NCBI GenBank assembly: GCA_965224085.1
Contig: CBDCYI010000005.1
Location: 1,696,001-1,760,000, forward strand
DNA length: 64,000 bases
Direction of reading: 5' to 3'
DNA from: Candidatus Marinacidobacterales bacterium
GTDB taxonomy: Bacteria; Acidobacteriota; Vicinamibacteria; Marinacidobacterales; SMYC01
Below are positions 39,837 through 49,834 of this stretch, in pieces; within the stretch, counting starts at the first letter, position 1, and every line of letters starts with the position of its first letter. Made by a program: the position numbers and the translations under genes. The notes under the pieces were generated by a model. The model was not told the origin of the DNA. It did no database searches and saw only the letters and a program-made list of their open reading frames with translations.

Positions 39837-41612
39837 GTGCCCGTCGCGCGCCGGTGGTTCATCGGCCACGAAGCCTGGCTGGTGAGCGCCGCTATGGGCT
39901 TCTTGGTGAGCTCGCTTGCAGCGAGCGTGCTATTTCGATTCGAGCGTGCAACCCCTTCCGCGGTCCTAGCGATATCGGTCGTCGTCTTGGCACTCGCGCT
40001 CCGATTGATGGGCGCGGGCAGCCTCGAGGCGTCAGAGCTCCCGTGGCTTGCAGCGACGTGGCTCGTGGTGATGCTCATTGTAGTCGTGCCATTTTCGAGA
40101 GTGGGTGCTTCGGTGGCTGATGGCATTGCGTATCGAGCCTACTTCAGCGCCGATTTGATGACGCACCTCTCGGTGGTCGCGGAGCTCCAGAAAGGCACGT
40201 TCCCAATACAAAACCCGTTCTACGAGGGCGGCGGTCTCGGCTACTACTGGCTATTCTTCACCCTCCCGGCGGCGCTCGGCATTTGGCTCGGCAATCAAAC
40301 CGCGCTTCTCGCAACCTACTTCGCCGGTGGCTTGCTCTTTGCCGGGCTACTGTACGCGGCCGCGCGCCGGTTCGACCTCACCCCTGCCCGCGCCTTTCTT
40401 GCGGTGAGCGTCATGATGGGTGCGGTGAGCTATGAAGGCCTCCTCGCTCTTTTGCAAAGCGAGTCGTGGATGAACATCAACGTGGACGCTTTCTCGCGCT
40501 GGGTGCTCGAGCTCATATCCCTCGACGGGCTGCATCGCGGTCTCCTCTATACGCCGCAGCATCTTTTCAGCTACAGCCTGCTCGTAATCTTGATTCTGCT
40601 CGTCCGTAACGGCGAGCCGCGCCGGGTTTCGGCGGCGGCGTTTTGCGGCGTCCTTCTCGGCGGGATGGCAGGGACGAGCATCGTGACAGCGATGCTCGCG
40701 GGTCCGTGGCTCGTGCTCGTGCTCTGGCGGCGCCGGCGAGAGGTCCCGTTCCTCGCGATGGCCTCGGCGTCAACGGTGACGTCGCTCGCGTTTCTCGCGT
40801 GGTGCGTGGCCCTTGGCTTTTTCGGCGACGCTGGCGCGGCGCTCACGCTACGCACGCCGAAGCTTCTAGAGCTTCCCTCCATTTTGCTCATCGATTGCGG
40901 AGCGCTCTGTCTGCTCGCGTGGCGTCACGCGCGGCGGGAGATCGAGCTCGTCCTGCTCGCCGCGCTCGCGCTCGTCGCCGTGCTCTTTCTCGACCTGTTT
41001 GGCTACGAAGGTGTCTGGATGGCGTGGCGCGCTGGCAGCGTGCTGCTCGTCGCGTTGGGGTTGGTGGCGGCGCGGGCTTTGTCGCGGCCGCTCAGCCTGA
41101 CGCCTGCCATCATCCTTGCTCCGGCCGTGCTCACGGTGTCGCTAGACGTATACAACGCCGCGGACGTGACGAATCGCAACCCGTCCCCGGGCGGGTTCCC
41201 GTGGACGACGGTCGTCCCGCGCGCCGAATGGGAAGCGCTCGACTGGGTCCGGCGAGAGACGCCACCCGATGCGGTCGTACAGTGGGACGTGCGGGCGCGC
41301 GAGCTCGGCGAATGGGCGCTCATTCCCGCTCTCGGCGAGCGCCGCATGGCGGTCGGCTTTCCCATCTTTCTTCTCGACCTTCAGAAATACCGGCAGCGCG
41401 AACGGCGCCACGCCCGCGCGATCTTCAACTCGGGTGATGCGGCGGAGGCCTACCGAAAAGCGCGCGAGCTCGGGATCGACTACCTTGTCATCGGTGCCGC
41501 CGAGCGCCGCATTCGGGGAGAGAGGACGCGGCCTCTTTTCGATGCGAAAGACCGCTTCCGCATCGTCTTCGAAAGCGACGGCGTGGCGGTTTTGGCGGTG
41601 CTCGCGCCTTGA
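39837..41612 (+). CDS. Polytopic membrane protein, GT-C-like with AglB-like C-terminal domain
   Basis: D..TH...EL..P..NPF..G..L.YYW; about 12 TM; ALDWVRRETPPDAVV, PALGERR, GIDYLVIG. Confidence 0.6.
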   Translation: MPVARRWFIGHEAWLVSAAMGFLVSSLAASVLFRFERATPSAVLAISVVVLALALRLMGAGSLEASELPWLAATWLVVMLIVVVPFSRVGASVADGIAYRAYFSADLMTHLSVVAELQKGTFPIQNPFYEGGGLGYYWLFFTLPAALGIWLGNQTALLATYFAGGLLFAGLLYAAARRFDLTPARAFLAVSVMMGAVSYEGLLALLQSESWMNINVDAFSRWVLELISLDGLHRGLLYTPQHLFSYSLLVILILLVRNGEPRRVSAAAFCGVLLGGMAGTSIVTAMLAGPWLVLVLWRRRREVPFLAMASASTVTSLAFLAWCVALGFFGDAGAALTLRTPKLLELPSILLIDCGALCLLAWRHARREIELVLLAALALVAVLFLDLFGYEGVWMAWRAGSVLLVALGLVAARALSRPLSLTPAIILAPAVLTVSLDVYNAADVTNRNPSPGGFPWTTVVPRAEWEALDWVRRETPPDAVVQWDVRARELGEWALIPALGERRMAVGFPIFLLDLQKYRQRERRHARAIFNSGDAAEAYRKARELGIDYLVIGAAERRIRGERTRPLFDAKDRFRIVFESDGVAVLAVLAP

Positions 41613-41638
41613 ACTGTATACTGCTCGATCGGAAACGC

Positions 41639-43012
41639 ATGCCAGAGAAAAAGAATTTTGACAAGAAGGATTTCGTCGTCGTCGGCGCGGGAGTCGCCGG
41701 TCTCAGCTTCGCCCACACCGTTTTAGGTGAACAGAGCAGTGCGGTCGTCGTCGAGCGGAACGACCACGTTGGAGGGCTCGCGTGCTCCTTCCATTACGGC
41801 GATTTCGTGTTCGACGTCGGACCGAAACGCTTCCACACCGAAGACCCGGAAGTGCTCGATTTTCTGTTCTCGATTCTCGGAGAGGACTACATCGTTGTCG
41901 ACCGCTCGAGCGCGGTGCATCTATTCGGCCGCTATTTCCCGTGGCCGCTCGACCAACGCGCGCTCTTTCGGCTGCCGCTCAAGGTCATGGTCTCCTCGGG
42001 GCTCGATCTTCTCCGCCGCCAAGAGCCCCAGGACGAGAGCTCCTTCACCGAGTACACGCGCTCGCGCTACGGCGACACGCTCTACCGTCTCTTCTTCAAG
42101 CCCTATACCGAAAAATTTCTCCGGATTCCGTGCGAAGACGTGCACGTGGACTGGGCCAAGACGGGCATCAACCGCGCGGTCATCGACAAACGTGTGAAGA
42201 GCGAGACGCTCTTCGATCTCGTGCGCGGCGTTTTGTTGCCAACGCCCGTCGACACGAAGTTTCTCTATCCGAGCTATGGCGGTTTCGGGACGTTCTCTGA
42301 GAAGCTCGGCGAGCAAGTGCGCGGGCGCGGCGGCGAGATTCTTCTCGACAACACGGTCGCATCGCTCGAGCTCGGAAAAGGCAGGGTCGAGACCGTGGTG
42401 CTCGCCGACGGCCGACGCATCCAGCCGAGCTACCTCGTTTGGAGCGGCAACCTCAAAGCGCTCGCCAATCTCATAGGAGAAGAGCCGCCGCCCCTTCGTT
42501 ACCTGAGCACGGTTCTCTACAACATGGAGGTGAACGCGGACGTGCTGCAGCAAGAGCAGTGGATCTATTACGGCGGCCAGGACACGGTGCTTTCCCGCGT
42601 TTCCATCACGAACGAGATGGCCGACTACATGGCGCCCGAGGGCAAAGCCGGCCTCTGCGTCGAAGTGACCGGCTTCGAAGGACAGGGGCATTGGAACAAC
42701 CCCAAAGCCCTCATCCCCGAGATCCAAGCCGATCTCGTCCGATTGAAGCTGGTAGGCTCCGAGTCGGATTTCGGCGCCGTCTATGTCGAGCGCGTCCGTG
42801 ACACCTATCCGATCTACGACCTTGGATACAAAAGAAGCTTCGCCGCGGCTTCGGGGATGGTGAAACCCGTCGAGAATCTCAAGCTACTCGGCCGCACCGG
42901 AGCCTATTGGTACAACAACTCCGACCATTCTATGAAGATGGCGCTCCAAATGGCGAAGCACCTTTTGAAAGGCACGCCGATGGAAGCGAAGGAAGCTTTG
43001 TTTCGAGTTTGA
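41639..43012 (+). CDS. FAD-dependent oxidoreductase, UDP-galactopyranose mutase/HemY-like
   Basis: VVGAGVAGL, VGGL, DVGPKRFH, PYTEK, FLYP..GFG, YPIY, LLGRTGAYWYNNSDH. Confidence 0.8.
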   Translation: MPEKKNFDKKDFVVVGAGVAGLSFAHTVLGEQSSAVVVERNDHVGGLACSFHYGDFVFDVGPKRFHTEDPEVLDFLFSILGEDYIVVDRSSAVHLFGRYFPWPLDQRALFRLPLKVMVSSGLDLLRRQEPQDESSFTEYTRSRYGDTLYRLFFKPYTEKFLRIPCEDVHVDWAKTGINRAVIDKRVKSETLFDLVRGVLLPTPVDTKFLYPSYGGFGTFSEKLGEQVRGRGGEILLDNTVASLELGKGRVETVVLADGRRIQPSYLVWSGNLKALANLIGEEPPPLRYLSTVLYNMEVNADVLQQEQWIYYGGQDTVLSRVSITNEMADYMAPEGKAGLCVEVTGFEGQGHWNNPKALIPEIQADLVRLKLVGSESDFGAVYVERVRDTYPIYDLGYKRSFAAASGMVKPVENLKLLGRTGAYWYNNSDHSMKMALQMAKHLLKGTPMEAKEALFRV

Positions 43013-43025
43013 CGAGGGCGGCGCG

Positions 43026-45275
43026 ATGCTGTTCCTCCTGGCACTTCTCGCTTTAACGGTCGCTCAGTTTCTACCGGGCCTCGTCGCCGTCAAGCTTCTC
43101 GACATCGGCCGCGATCGCGAGGAGTGTTACGTTCTCTCCGCCGTCCTCGCCGGTCCGATCGCCGCGGCCGTCTACCTCGTCACCTTGCTCGCCAACTGGG
43201 AGCCTCTTTACTGGATCCTGATAGGAAATCTCGGCGTTTTCGCGGTGGTCGTTCCCTGGCGGCGGAAGCGCGGTTCCGGTTTGCCGCGCGCGACCCGGAT
43301 CGCCTTTTTGGCTCTGTTGGTTGTCCTGTTCGTCCCGTACTTTCTGACGACGGGGAGCCTCTATCGGACCGATTCCACCGGTACGTTGCTGCTCGACCGC
43401 GCGCTTCAAACCGACGTGCTGTTTCACCTCGGCGTAATCCACTCGCTCGAGAGCGCCTATCCGCCGTCATTGCTCTCGGTGTCGGGACGGCCGATTGGCT
43501 ACCACGTCGGCTATCACTTGCAGCTCGCGGCTTGGGCCCGCTATTTCGGTATCGCGGCTTTCGATGGGCTCATACGCGTCGGAACGGTATGGCAGGTAGC
43601 GCTTCTCGTGGCGAGCGCTTTCATGCTAGCTCGGCGCTTTACGGAGCGTATCTCCGCGCATGTCTTAGTACCCGTTCTTGTGTTCGGCGCGGGGTTCGGC
43701 TTCGCGTTTTTCTACCGGCCCTCGGTGGACTGGTGGAGTCTCGTCTTCATGGACGCGACGCTCGTGTCGATTTTTCTGTCGAACCCGCTACTGCCAGCGC
43801 TGCCGCTTCTGTTCGCGGGGCTCGCTCTTTTCCACGACTACACGCAAGGTTCAGGCCGCGGTGCTCTTGTAGGAAGCGTTCTTTGTATCGCGTTCATGCT
43901 CGTCGTCAAGATGTTTCTCGGCGCGCAAGTGCTCGCAGCGATGGGCATCGCGGCGATCGTGAGCTGGCGCGACGCGCGTATGCGTGCGGCGTTCGTCGCG
44001 ACCGCGCTCGCGTCGCTCCCGCTTCTCGCGCACACGTTTCTTGCGGCAGGGGGCTCGAATACGAGCATCGGCCTCCGGCCGCTCGAGATCGTTCGCTACT
44101 CGATGGAGAAGCTCGACTGGCACGCCGCGGTCGGCGCTCTCGCATCGGTCGGGCGTTTCGAGCTTTCCGTGGGCGCATGGTCCCTGGCCGCCGCTTCCAC
44201 TCTCACGTGGGGGATCGGTTTTCTCGGGGTGCGCCTCGTTGGCCTCAGCGCATGCGTGAAGGATTTGTGGCGCGGCGGCACACCACTCCGCCGGACAATG
44301 GCGTGGTTCGTCGCGATAGGATTCCCGCTTGCGCTCGTCTTTCGCATCGCCCCCGCGGAATCCGTGGGTCTGTCGAGACTCGAATCGCAAAACGACGTGC
44401 TGTGGTTCGCCACGGCGAGTGGGGTATTGCTGTGGTTCTGGACCGCGGACGCGCTTCGCCGCGCAAGGGCTACCGCAATCGTGACGCTTCTCGCCTTGAC
44501 CGCGACGGTGCAGCACTTCGGCTATGCGGCGACGCTCGAGCCAGATCGCATTGCTGCGTCGCGCGTCCGTACCGCGAAGGCCGCCGGTACGTTGTCGGGA
44601 CCGGACGCCATTTGGCTGGATCCGCTCGACCGATCCCGGCCGTCGCTACTTCCATATGTCTCGGGACGCGCCGTCGTCTACGACCCCTATGTCGGCTACG
44701 ACTACATGTTCGTTGGAAGAGACGAAATCGCCTATCGCCGCCACGCCGTCGCGCAGTTTTGGTCGAGCGGTGATCCAGCCTATCGCGCATGGATGCTCGA
44801 CCATTTCGATGTCGGCTTCGTGTGGGAGCAGGGAAGCGCCGTCGCCCCCTTGCGCGGTCTCGAGCCGATCTATTCGGACGAGGCGGAGCATCTTTATCGT
44901 GTGCGTGATCGTGCGTTCCGGGCACCCGTCGTCGAGATGGCGACCCCTGCCACCATCCCTCTCGGTAACCGAGGCTCGCCCTATCTCGACCCGGGCTTTC
45001 GCCGCGCGGACCGCGCACGCACGCTTCCTTCCGAACGCCGAGCGTTCGTATACGTGCCGCGCGGAGAAGCGCACTCGCTTCGCCTTCGCCTCCGTGTCGA
45101 CGCTCGCCACGGCGGGGGGGAGCTCGTTGTGGAGGGCCAGCATGTTCCCGTCGGGTTGGCGGCGATGTCGATCGACGTCGAGCTCCCACCAAGGCAAGCG
45201 TCCGGCCTTCACGCGATCGCGGTCGAGTGGCGTGGCGAGCGGCCGCTCACGATTCTGGAGATTCTTCTTCGCTAG
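43026..45275 (+). CDS. Polytopic membrane protein, GT-C-like
   Basis: DVLFHLG..HSL...YPP....G....YH motif parallel to the 39837 protein; many TM; soluble C-domain. Confidence 0.6.
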   Translation: MLFLLALLALTVAQFLPGLVAVKLLDIGRDREECYVLSAVLAGPIAAAVYLVTLLANWEPLYWILIGNLGVFAVVVPWRRKRGSGLPRATRIAFLALLVVLFVPYFLTTGSLYRTDSTGTLLLDRALQTDVLFHLGVIHSLESAYPPSLLSVSGRPIGYHVGYHLQLAAWARYFGIAAFDGLIRVGTVWQVALLVASAFMLARRFTERISAHVLVPVLVFGAGFGFAFFYRPSVDWWSLVFMDATLVSIFLSNPLLPALPLLFAGLALFHDYTQGSGRGALVGSVLCIAFMLVVKMFLGAQVLAAMGIAAIVSWRDARMRAAFVATALASLPLLAHTFLAAGGSNTSIGLRPLEIVRYSMEKLDWHAAVGALASVGRFELSVGAWSLAAASTLTWGIGFLGVRLVGLSACVKDLWRGGTPLRRTMAWFVAIGFPLALVFRIAPAESVGLSRLESQNDVLWFATASGVLLWFWTADALRRARATAIVTLLALTATVQHFGYAATLEPDRIAASRVRTAKAAGTLSGPDAIWLDPLDRSRPSLLPYVSGRAVVYDPYVGYDYMFVGRDEIAYRRHAVAQFWSSGDPAYRAWMLDHFDVGFVWEQGSAVAPLRGLEPIYSDEAEHLYRVRDRAFRAPVVEMATPATIPLGNRGSPYLDPGFRRADRARTLPSERRAFVYVPRGEAHSLRLRLRVDARHGGGELVVEGQHVPVGLAAMSIDVELPPRQASGLHAIAVEWRGERPLTILEILLR

Positions 45276-45284
45276 GGTTCTACG

Positions 45285-45497
45285 ATGACTCTCAGAACGC
45301 GGCCCGCGATCCTTGGCGCGCGCGGCGTACTTCTCGGCCGCGCGATCATGTGGGCGCTTGCGTCGTACGGGGCGGAGGGAGTAAGAACGCTCATCAAGAT
45401 GCTGCAACGCGACCTCGCGCGCTTTTTTGCTATGCTCGGCGCGTCGAACCTGCGCGCATTAACGCGGGACCACATCACGATCCACCGGCAAAAATAG
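45285..45497 (+). pseudogene. C-terminal remnant of an FMN-dependent alpha-hydroxy acid oxidase
   Basis: LGARGVLLGR..MWALA..GAEGV...L..DL...AMLG matches the family C-terminus only. Confidence 0.7.
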
Positions 45498-45519
45498 CAA
45501 CCGGCATCAAGCCGTTCCT

Positions 45520-46473
45520 ATGGCAAAATACATACACACGCGATTCGGCGAGCTCACCGTCGCGGACGCCCACGCGCACTTCTTCTCGCACCGCTTCTTC
45601 GCCACAATTGCTGCCGAGCTGCCATCACCGCCCGACGAAGGCGAGCTCTTCGACGTGCTTGGACAAAGCCTGCCGTTCGAGTTTCCCGAAAAGGACCCGG
45701 AGACGCTCGCCGCGCGATGGGTGGACGAGCTCGACGGCCATGGCGTTGCTCGCATCGTACTCATCGCGAGCGTTCCCGGTGACGCAGCGTCCGTCGCCGG
45801 TGCCGCGCACGCGTTTCCCGATCGCGTCATCCCGTACTTCCTGCTGAACCCTAAAGCGCCCGACGCGCTCGAGCGGACAGAGCGGGCGTTTCGCGAGCTC
45901 GGGATGAAGGGACTCTGCTTGTTCCCAGCGATGCACCATTTTCATGTCGCTGACGACACGTTGAAGCCCATCCTGGAAGAAGTCGCCGCGCATCGCGGAA
46001 TCGTCTTCGTGCATTGCGGCCGCCTCGTCATCGGTGTGCGAGACAAGCTCGGGCTAGAGAGCCCGTTCGACATGAGCTTCTCGAGACCGCGCGGCCTCGA
46101 AGACGTTGCACTGGCGTTTGATGCGATTCCTTTCGTCGTCCCTCACTTCGGCTGCGACACGTTCGAAGAGCTTCTCGACGTCGCCGCAACGTGTCCCAAC
46201 ATCTACACCGACACGTCGAGCTCGAACGCGTGGATGGCCCGTTTGCCGGGGCCGTTGACGCTGCCACAGGTATTCGAGCGCACCCTCGCTGTGATGGGAG
46301 CTGAGCGCATCCTCTATGGGTCGGATTCGAGTTTCTTTCCTCGAGGCTGGCACAGGGATCACTTTCAAGAGCAGCTAGACGCTTTCGATGTCACGGCGGA
46401 GCAGGCCGCCGCGATCTTCGGCGGCAATTTGTTGCGCCTTGCGGCCCAAGCCGGTCAGGACCGCGAAAGCTAG
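45520..46473 (+). CDS. Amidohydrolase-2 family metalloenzyme
   Basis: DAHAH, FVHCG, VPHFG, YTDTS, RILYGSDS. Confidence 0.88.
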   Translation: MAKYIHTRFGELTVADAHAHFFSHRFFATIAAELPSPPDEGELFDVLGQSLPFEFPEKDPETLAARWVDELDGHGVARIVLIASVPGDAASVAGAAHAFPDRVIPYFLLNPKAPDALERTERAFRELGMKGLCLFPAMHHFHVADDTLKPILEEVAAHRGIVFVHCGRLVIGVRDKLGLESPFDMSFSRPRGLEDVALAFDAIPFVVPHFGCDTFEELLDVAATCPNIYTDTSSSNAWMARLPGPLTLPQVFERTLAVMGAERILYGSDSSFFPRGWHRDHFQEQLDAFDVTAEQAAAIFGGNLLRLAAQAGQDRES

Positions 46474-46630
46474 ACCTGTGCTCCGCAAGAAATAAACCCC
46501 TCGCGGAAGGATGGAATTTTGCGAAGTGGGAGACTTCGGTACCCCGGTGCCGAGACTTCGATACGCCGCTCATGCGCTGGAGTCACCATTCAGACTCCCA
46601 CAGCCGCAGCTCGTTTCCTAGAACCGCAGC

Positions 46631-48031
46631 TCATGCTAGAAGACAGGAGCTATGAGCGGCAACTTGTAACGCCTTGCGGCCGAATCCGGTCACGACCGCA
46701 AAAGCTAGGATCCCGAGCAGCGCCCACGAGTGAAAGTTGACGAGCCCGATCGCGAACGGGCCGAGCCGCGGCATGCCGAAGGCTTCGCCGCCCGCGGTCG
46801 TGCTCGCGGCGAGGATGGTCGGGACCATGTAAGGCAGGATGAACGGCAAGCCGCACACGGTGATGTCCATGAGGTTCGCTCTTCGATATTTCGAGATCCC
46901 AAATCGCTCGCCCGCGCGTCGCGTAAAGTCGCCAGCCGTCAAGATCGCGACGGTGCTATGCGTCGTGATGAGCGCGGCCGCCGTCGTGACCCCTACGATC
47001 CAGCCTTCGGCGGTGCGTGGCGACTGCGCGCGGTCTCCCACCATCTGTACGAGGCGATCGAGCATGCCGGAGGCTTCGAGCGGGGCGACGAGTCCCATCA
47101 GAAGCAGCGTGAAGATCGACGCGCCGATCCCGCGCTCCATGCCTTCCACGAGCATGCCTCGGGCCGCGAAGCGCTCCTCATCGATATAGAGAAGCGCCGA
47201 CGGCTCGACGAGCTCGAAGACGAGTCCGACGGCGGCTGCGGTCAGGATGCCGAAGGTCAACCCTTCGAGGAGGTGGCGTCCTCGCAGCAAGAGTGCTATG
47301 ACGATGACGGGGACGATGAGCATCACGAGGCCGATGGGATTGGCGGCGATTTCGGGGCGCTCGTCGAGGCTCGTGCCGGCGCTCCCGAGCGCACCGTAGG
47401 CGACGAGTGCTACCGCCGCCGCGAGCAGTGCATAACGCAAGCGGCTCTTGACCACGCCCGCAATGTCCGCGTCCTGCGTCAGTGCCGAAGCGATCGTAGT
47501 ATCCGAGATCGGTGACACGTTGTCTCCGAAGGTCGAGCCCCCGATGATGGCGCCGGCGAGGATCGCAGGCGTGGCGCCGAGCGGGCCCCCCGCCGGGTAG
47601 AGGAGCGGGCCGCATACCAAAAGCGTTCCGAGGCTCGTCCCCGTGGCCGTCGAGACGATGCAGCAGATGAAAAAAGCCGTCACGACGTAGGCGCCGCCTT
47701 CCACTCCCGCGCGGGTCGCGAGCCACGTCATCGCTTCGACGAAGCCCGTCTCCTGCATGATCTTTCCCAGGACTCCGGCGAGAAGCCAAGCGAGTATCAT
47801 GATGATCACGAGCGGCCGGCTCATGCCGGCGATGACGATCTCGCTGAAGCGGATACGCTCGCGGCTCAAGATCATGCCCAGGCTGAGCGCGGTCAACAGG
47901 ATCGGCCAGAAGCCGCGCTCGTCGGGCGCGCCCGAAAGGCCCAGCCAAGCAACGCCCGTGAGAAATAGCACGAAGGGTGCAAAGACAGCATAGGAGCCGC
48001 CGTAAAATCGCAGTGACTCCTGTCGTTCCAT
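46631..48031 (-). CDS. NhaC-family transporter
   Basis: STATGTSLGT, GAIIGGSTFGDNVSPISDTTI; many TM. Confidence 0.88.
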   Translation of the reverse strand: MERQESLRFYGGSYAVFAPFVLFLTGVAWLGLSGAPDERGFWPILLTALSLGMILSRERIRFSEIVIAGMSRPLVIIMILAWLLAGVLGKIMQETGFVEAMTWLATRAGVEGGAYVVTAFFICCIVSTATGTSLGTLLVCGPLLYPAGGPLGATPAILAGAIIGGSTFGDNVSPISDTTIASALTQDADIAGVVKSRLRYALLAAAVALVAYGALGSAGTSLDERPEIAANPIGLVMLIVPVIVIALLLRGRHLLEGLTFGILTAAAVGLVFELVEPSALLYIDEERFAARGMLVEGMERGIGASIFTLLLMGLVAPLEASGMLDRLVQMVGDRAQSPRTAEGWIVGVTTAAALITTHSTVAILTAGDFTRRAGERFGISKYRRANLMDITVCGLPFILPYMVPTILAASTTAGGEAFGMPRLGPFAIGLVNFHSWALLGILAFAVVTGFGRKALQVAAHSSCLLA

Positions 48032-48086
48032 AGACCTTGACCCCAGTGAGGATCTACCCGATAGTTGTCTTTTAGCGAAGCAAAAA

Positions 48087-49775
48087 ATGAAACGCGCACC
48101 GAAGCGCGGAAACGCGCTCGTCCTCGTCATCGGCCTCGCGGGCCTCGCCGTGGCCGCTTACGCTTGCGCCCCGAAAGCCGATACCAGCCTACCCGTGGAA
48201 GATCGTTTGCTCGAGGACGTGATGGAGGTGTATTTCGCCGAACGTTTTCGCTTCTTTCCTGTGGAGTCGACGCTGTCGGGCCTTCCTGGCAACGACGATC
48301 GTCTTGGAAGCTTCGCGCGCGCCGATATCGACGCACGCGTTTCATGGCTCGCTGATTTTCATTACAAGCTCCTGGGGCTAAGGCTTACAGAGCTTTCGCA
48401 GCCGGCTTATCTCGACGCGATCTGGCTCACGAGCCTCGTGAAGGCCGAGCTATTCGAGCTCGAGCAAAGGCAGCTTTGGAATCGGACTGCCGCGTTTTAC
48501 GGGGACCAGATCCGGCTCGGGCTCGTTTCCCTGCTCGCGGAAGGGGAGCTTGCCACGCGCGTGGAAGCCCTTGCCGGCAGGCTCGCCGCAATCACACCGC
48601 TCTTGGAGCAAGCGCGGGAGAATCTCGGTCCCGTCCAGCCCATCTGGCGTGCTGATGGCGTCCGGTCGCTAGAGAGCTGCCGGCGTTTGCTGCTCGATCT
48701 TCCTCAGATGCTCGAAGGCCGCTTACCGCCCCCGAGGGTCGCAGAACTCGCCGAGCTCAGCCGCGCCGCGACGCGCTCGGTACAGAGGCTCATGGCCGAC
48801 GCCCCGCGACCCACCGGTGACGACCCCGCCGGTTTCCTCCTCGGTGAGGAAGGCCTGCGCCGCTATTTTCTCTACGAGCACATGATGGATTGGTCGCCGG
48901 ATACGATCCTCGCCCTCGCGGAAGCCGAGCTCGAGATCGCCACGCACGAGCTCACACAGCTTGCGTTGACCCACTTTGCGTCGGAGTCTTTGCTCGCGTT
49001 GCTCGCGCCCAAGCCTCCTCTCGAAGCGGTCGAGCTCGAAGTCGCCGAGGCGTCCGAGCGTGTCGCTGCCTTTGTTCGCGAACGTGACCTTTCGCTCTCG
49101 TCCGATGTCTCGCCTCCGGTACGTTTGGTGCCGTTCTACTTTCCTGGCCGAGCTCCGGTAGTGTTGTGGCGTCCCAAGGCGCTCGAGCCAGCTCGAGGCA
49201 CCTTTCTCATGGTACGCGGCGGGGAGCCGGTTCGCGTTGATCGTAGCGAGCTCCAGCTTCTCACCTTGCGCGAAGTGGGCGGGCGCGCGCGTCAATTCGC
49301 TTACCAGGCTCAGTCCGCCAGCTTGTTGCGGCGCGTCCTCGCGACCGAGACCACGCGCGAGGGGTGGCTTTTGGAGTTCGAGCGTGAAGCTCTCGATGAG
49401 GGGTTCGAACCTGAGAATCTCGAGCTGCGCCTGCGGCACCAGCACCGACGCATGCTCGCCTTCGTACGGTTGATGGCCGTTGTGGAGATGCACGCGCACG
49501 GCCGGAGCTTCGAAGAAATGGTCACTCTGTTTCGGGAGCGAGGACTTCTGTCTCTTGCCGCATCGCGGAACGAAGCGACGCGTGTCGCGGTCGATCCTGG
49601 CGTTTCGGATCCCGCCGCCGGATGGTTGGCTCTGAACGAGCTCGCGGTCGACTACGCCTCGGAGCACCCGCTAGAAACGCGCTCTGAGCTCACCCGGCAG
49701 ATCCTCACCGAGGGGCTCCCGCCGATGCGACTCATCCGGTTCCGCTTGCTTGGAGCTTCCTCGGGCTTTCATTGA
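48087..49775 (+). CDS. Divergent DUF885-like lipoprotein
   Basis: Lipobox AYAC, P..ST..G...DDRL, EGW, RLMA...MH; the HExxPGHH motif is degenerate. Confidence 0.62.
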   Translation: MKRAPKRGNALVLVIGLAGLAVAAYACAPKADTSLPVEDRLLEDVMEVYFAERFRFFPVESTLSGLPGNDDRLGSFARADIDARVSWLADFHYKLLGLRLTELSQPAYLDAIWLTSLVKAELFELEQRQLWNRTAAFYGDQIRLGLVSLLAEGELATRVEALAGRLAAITPLLEQARENLGPVQPIWRADGVRSLESCRRLLLDLPQMLEGRLPPPRVAELAELSRAATRSVQRLMADAPRPTGDDPAGFLLGEEGLRRYFLYEHMMDWSPDTILALAEAELEIATHELTQLALTHFASESLLALLAPKPPLEAVELEVAEASERVAAFVRERDLSLSSDVSPPVRLVPFYFPGRAPVVLWRPKALEPARGTFLMVRGGEPVRVDRSELQLLTLREVGGRARQFAYQAQSASLLRRVLATETTREGWLLEFEREALDEGFEPENLELRLRHQHRRMLAFVRLMAVVEMHAHGRSFEEMVTLFRERGLLSLAASRNEATRVAVDPGVSDPAAGWLALNELAVDYASEHPLETRSELTRQILTEGLPPMRLIRFRLLGASSGFH

Positions 49776-49834
49776 GAGACAGACCCGCCACTTCTTCGGC
49801 AAGCACGGCGAGCAGACTATAATTCCAGGGCCGC

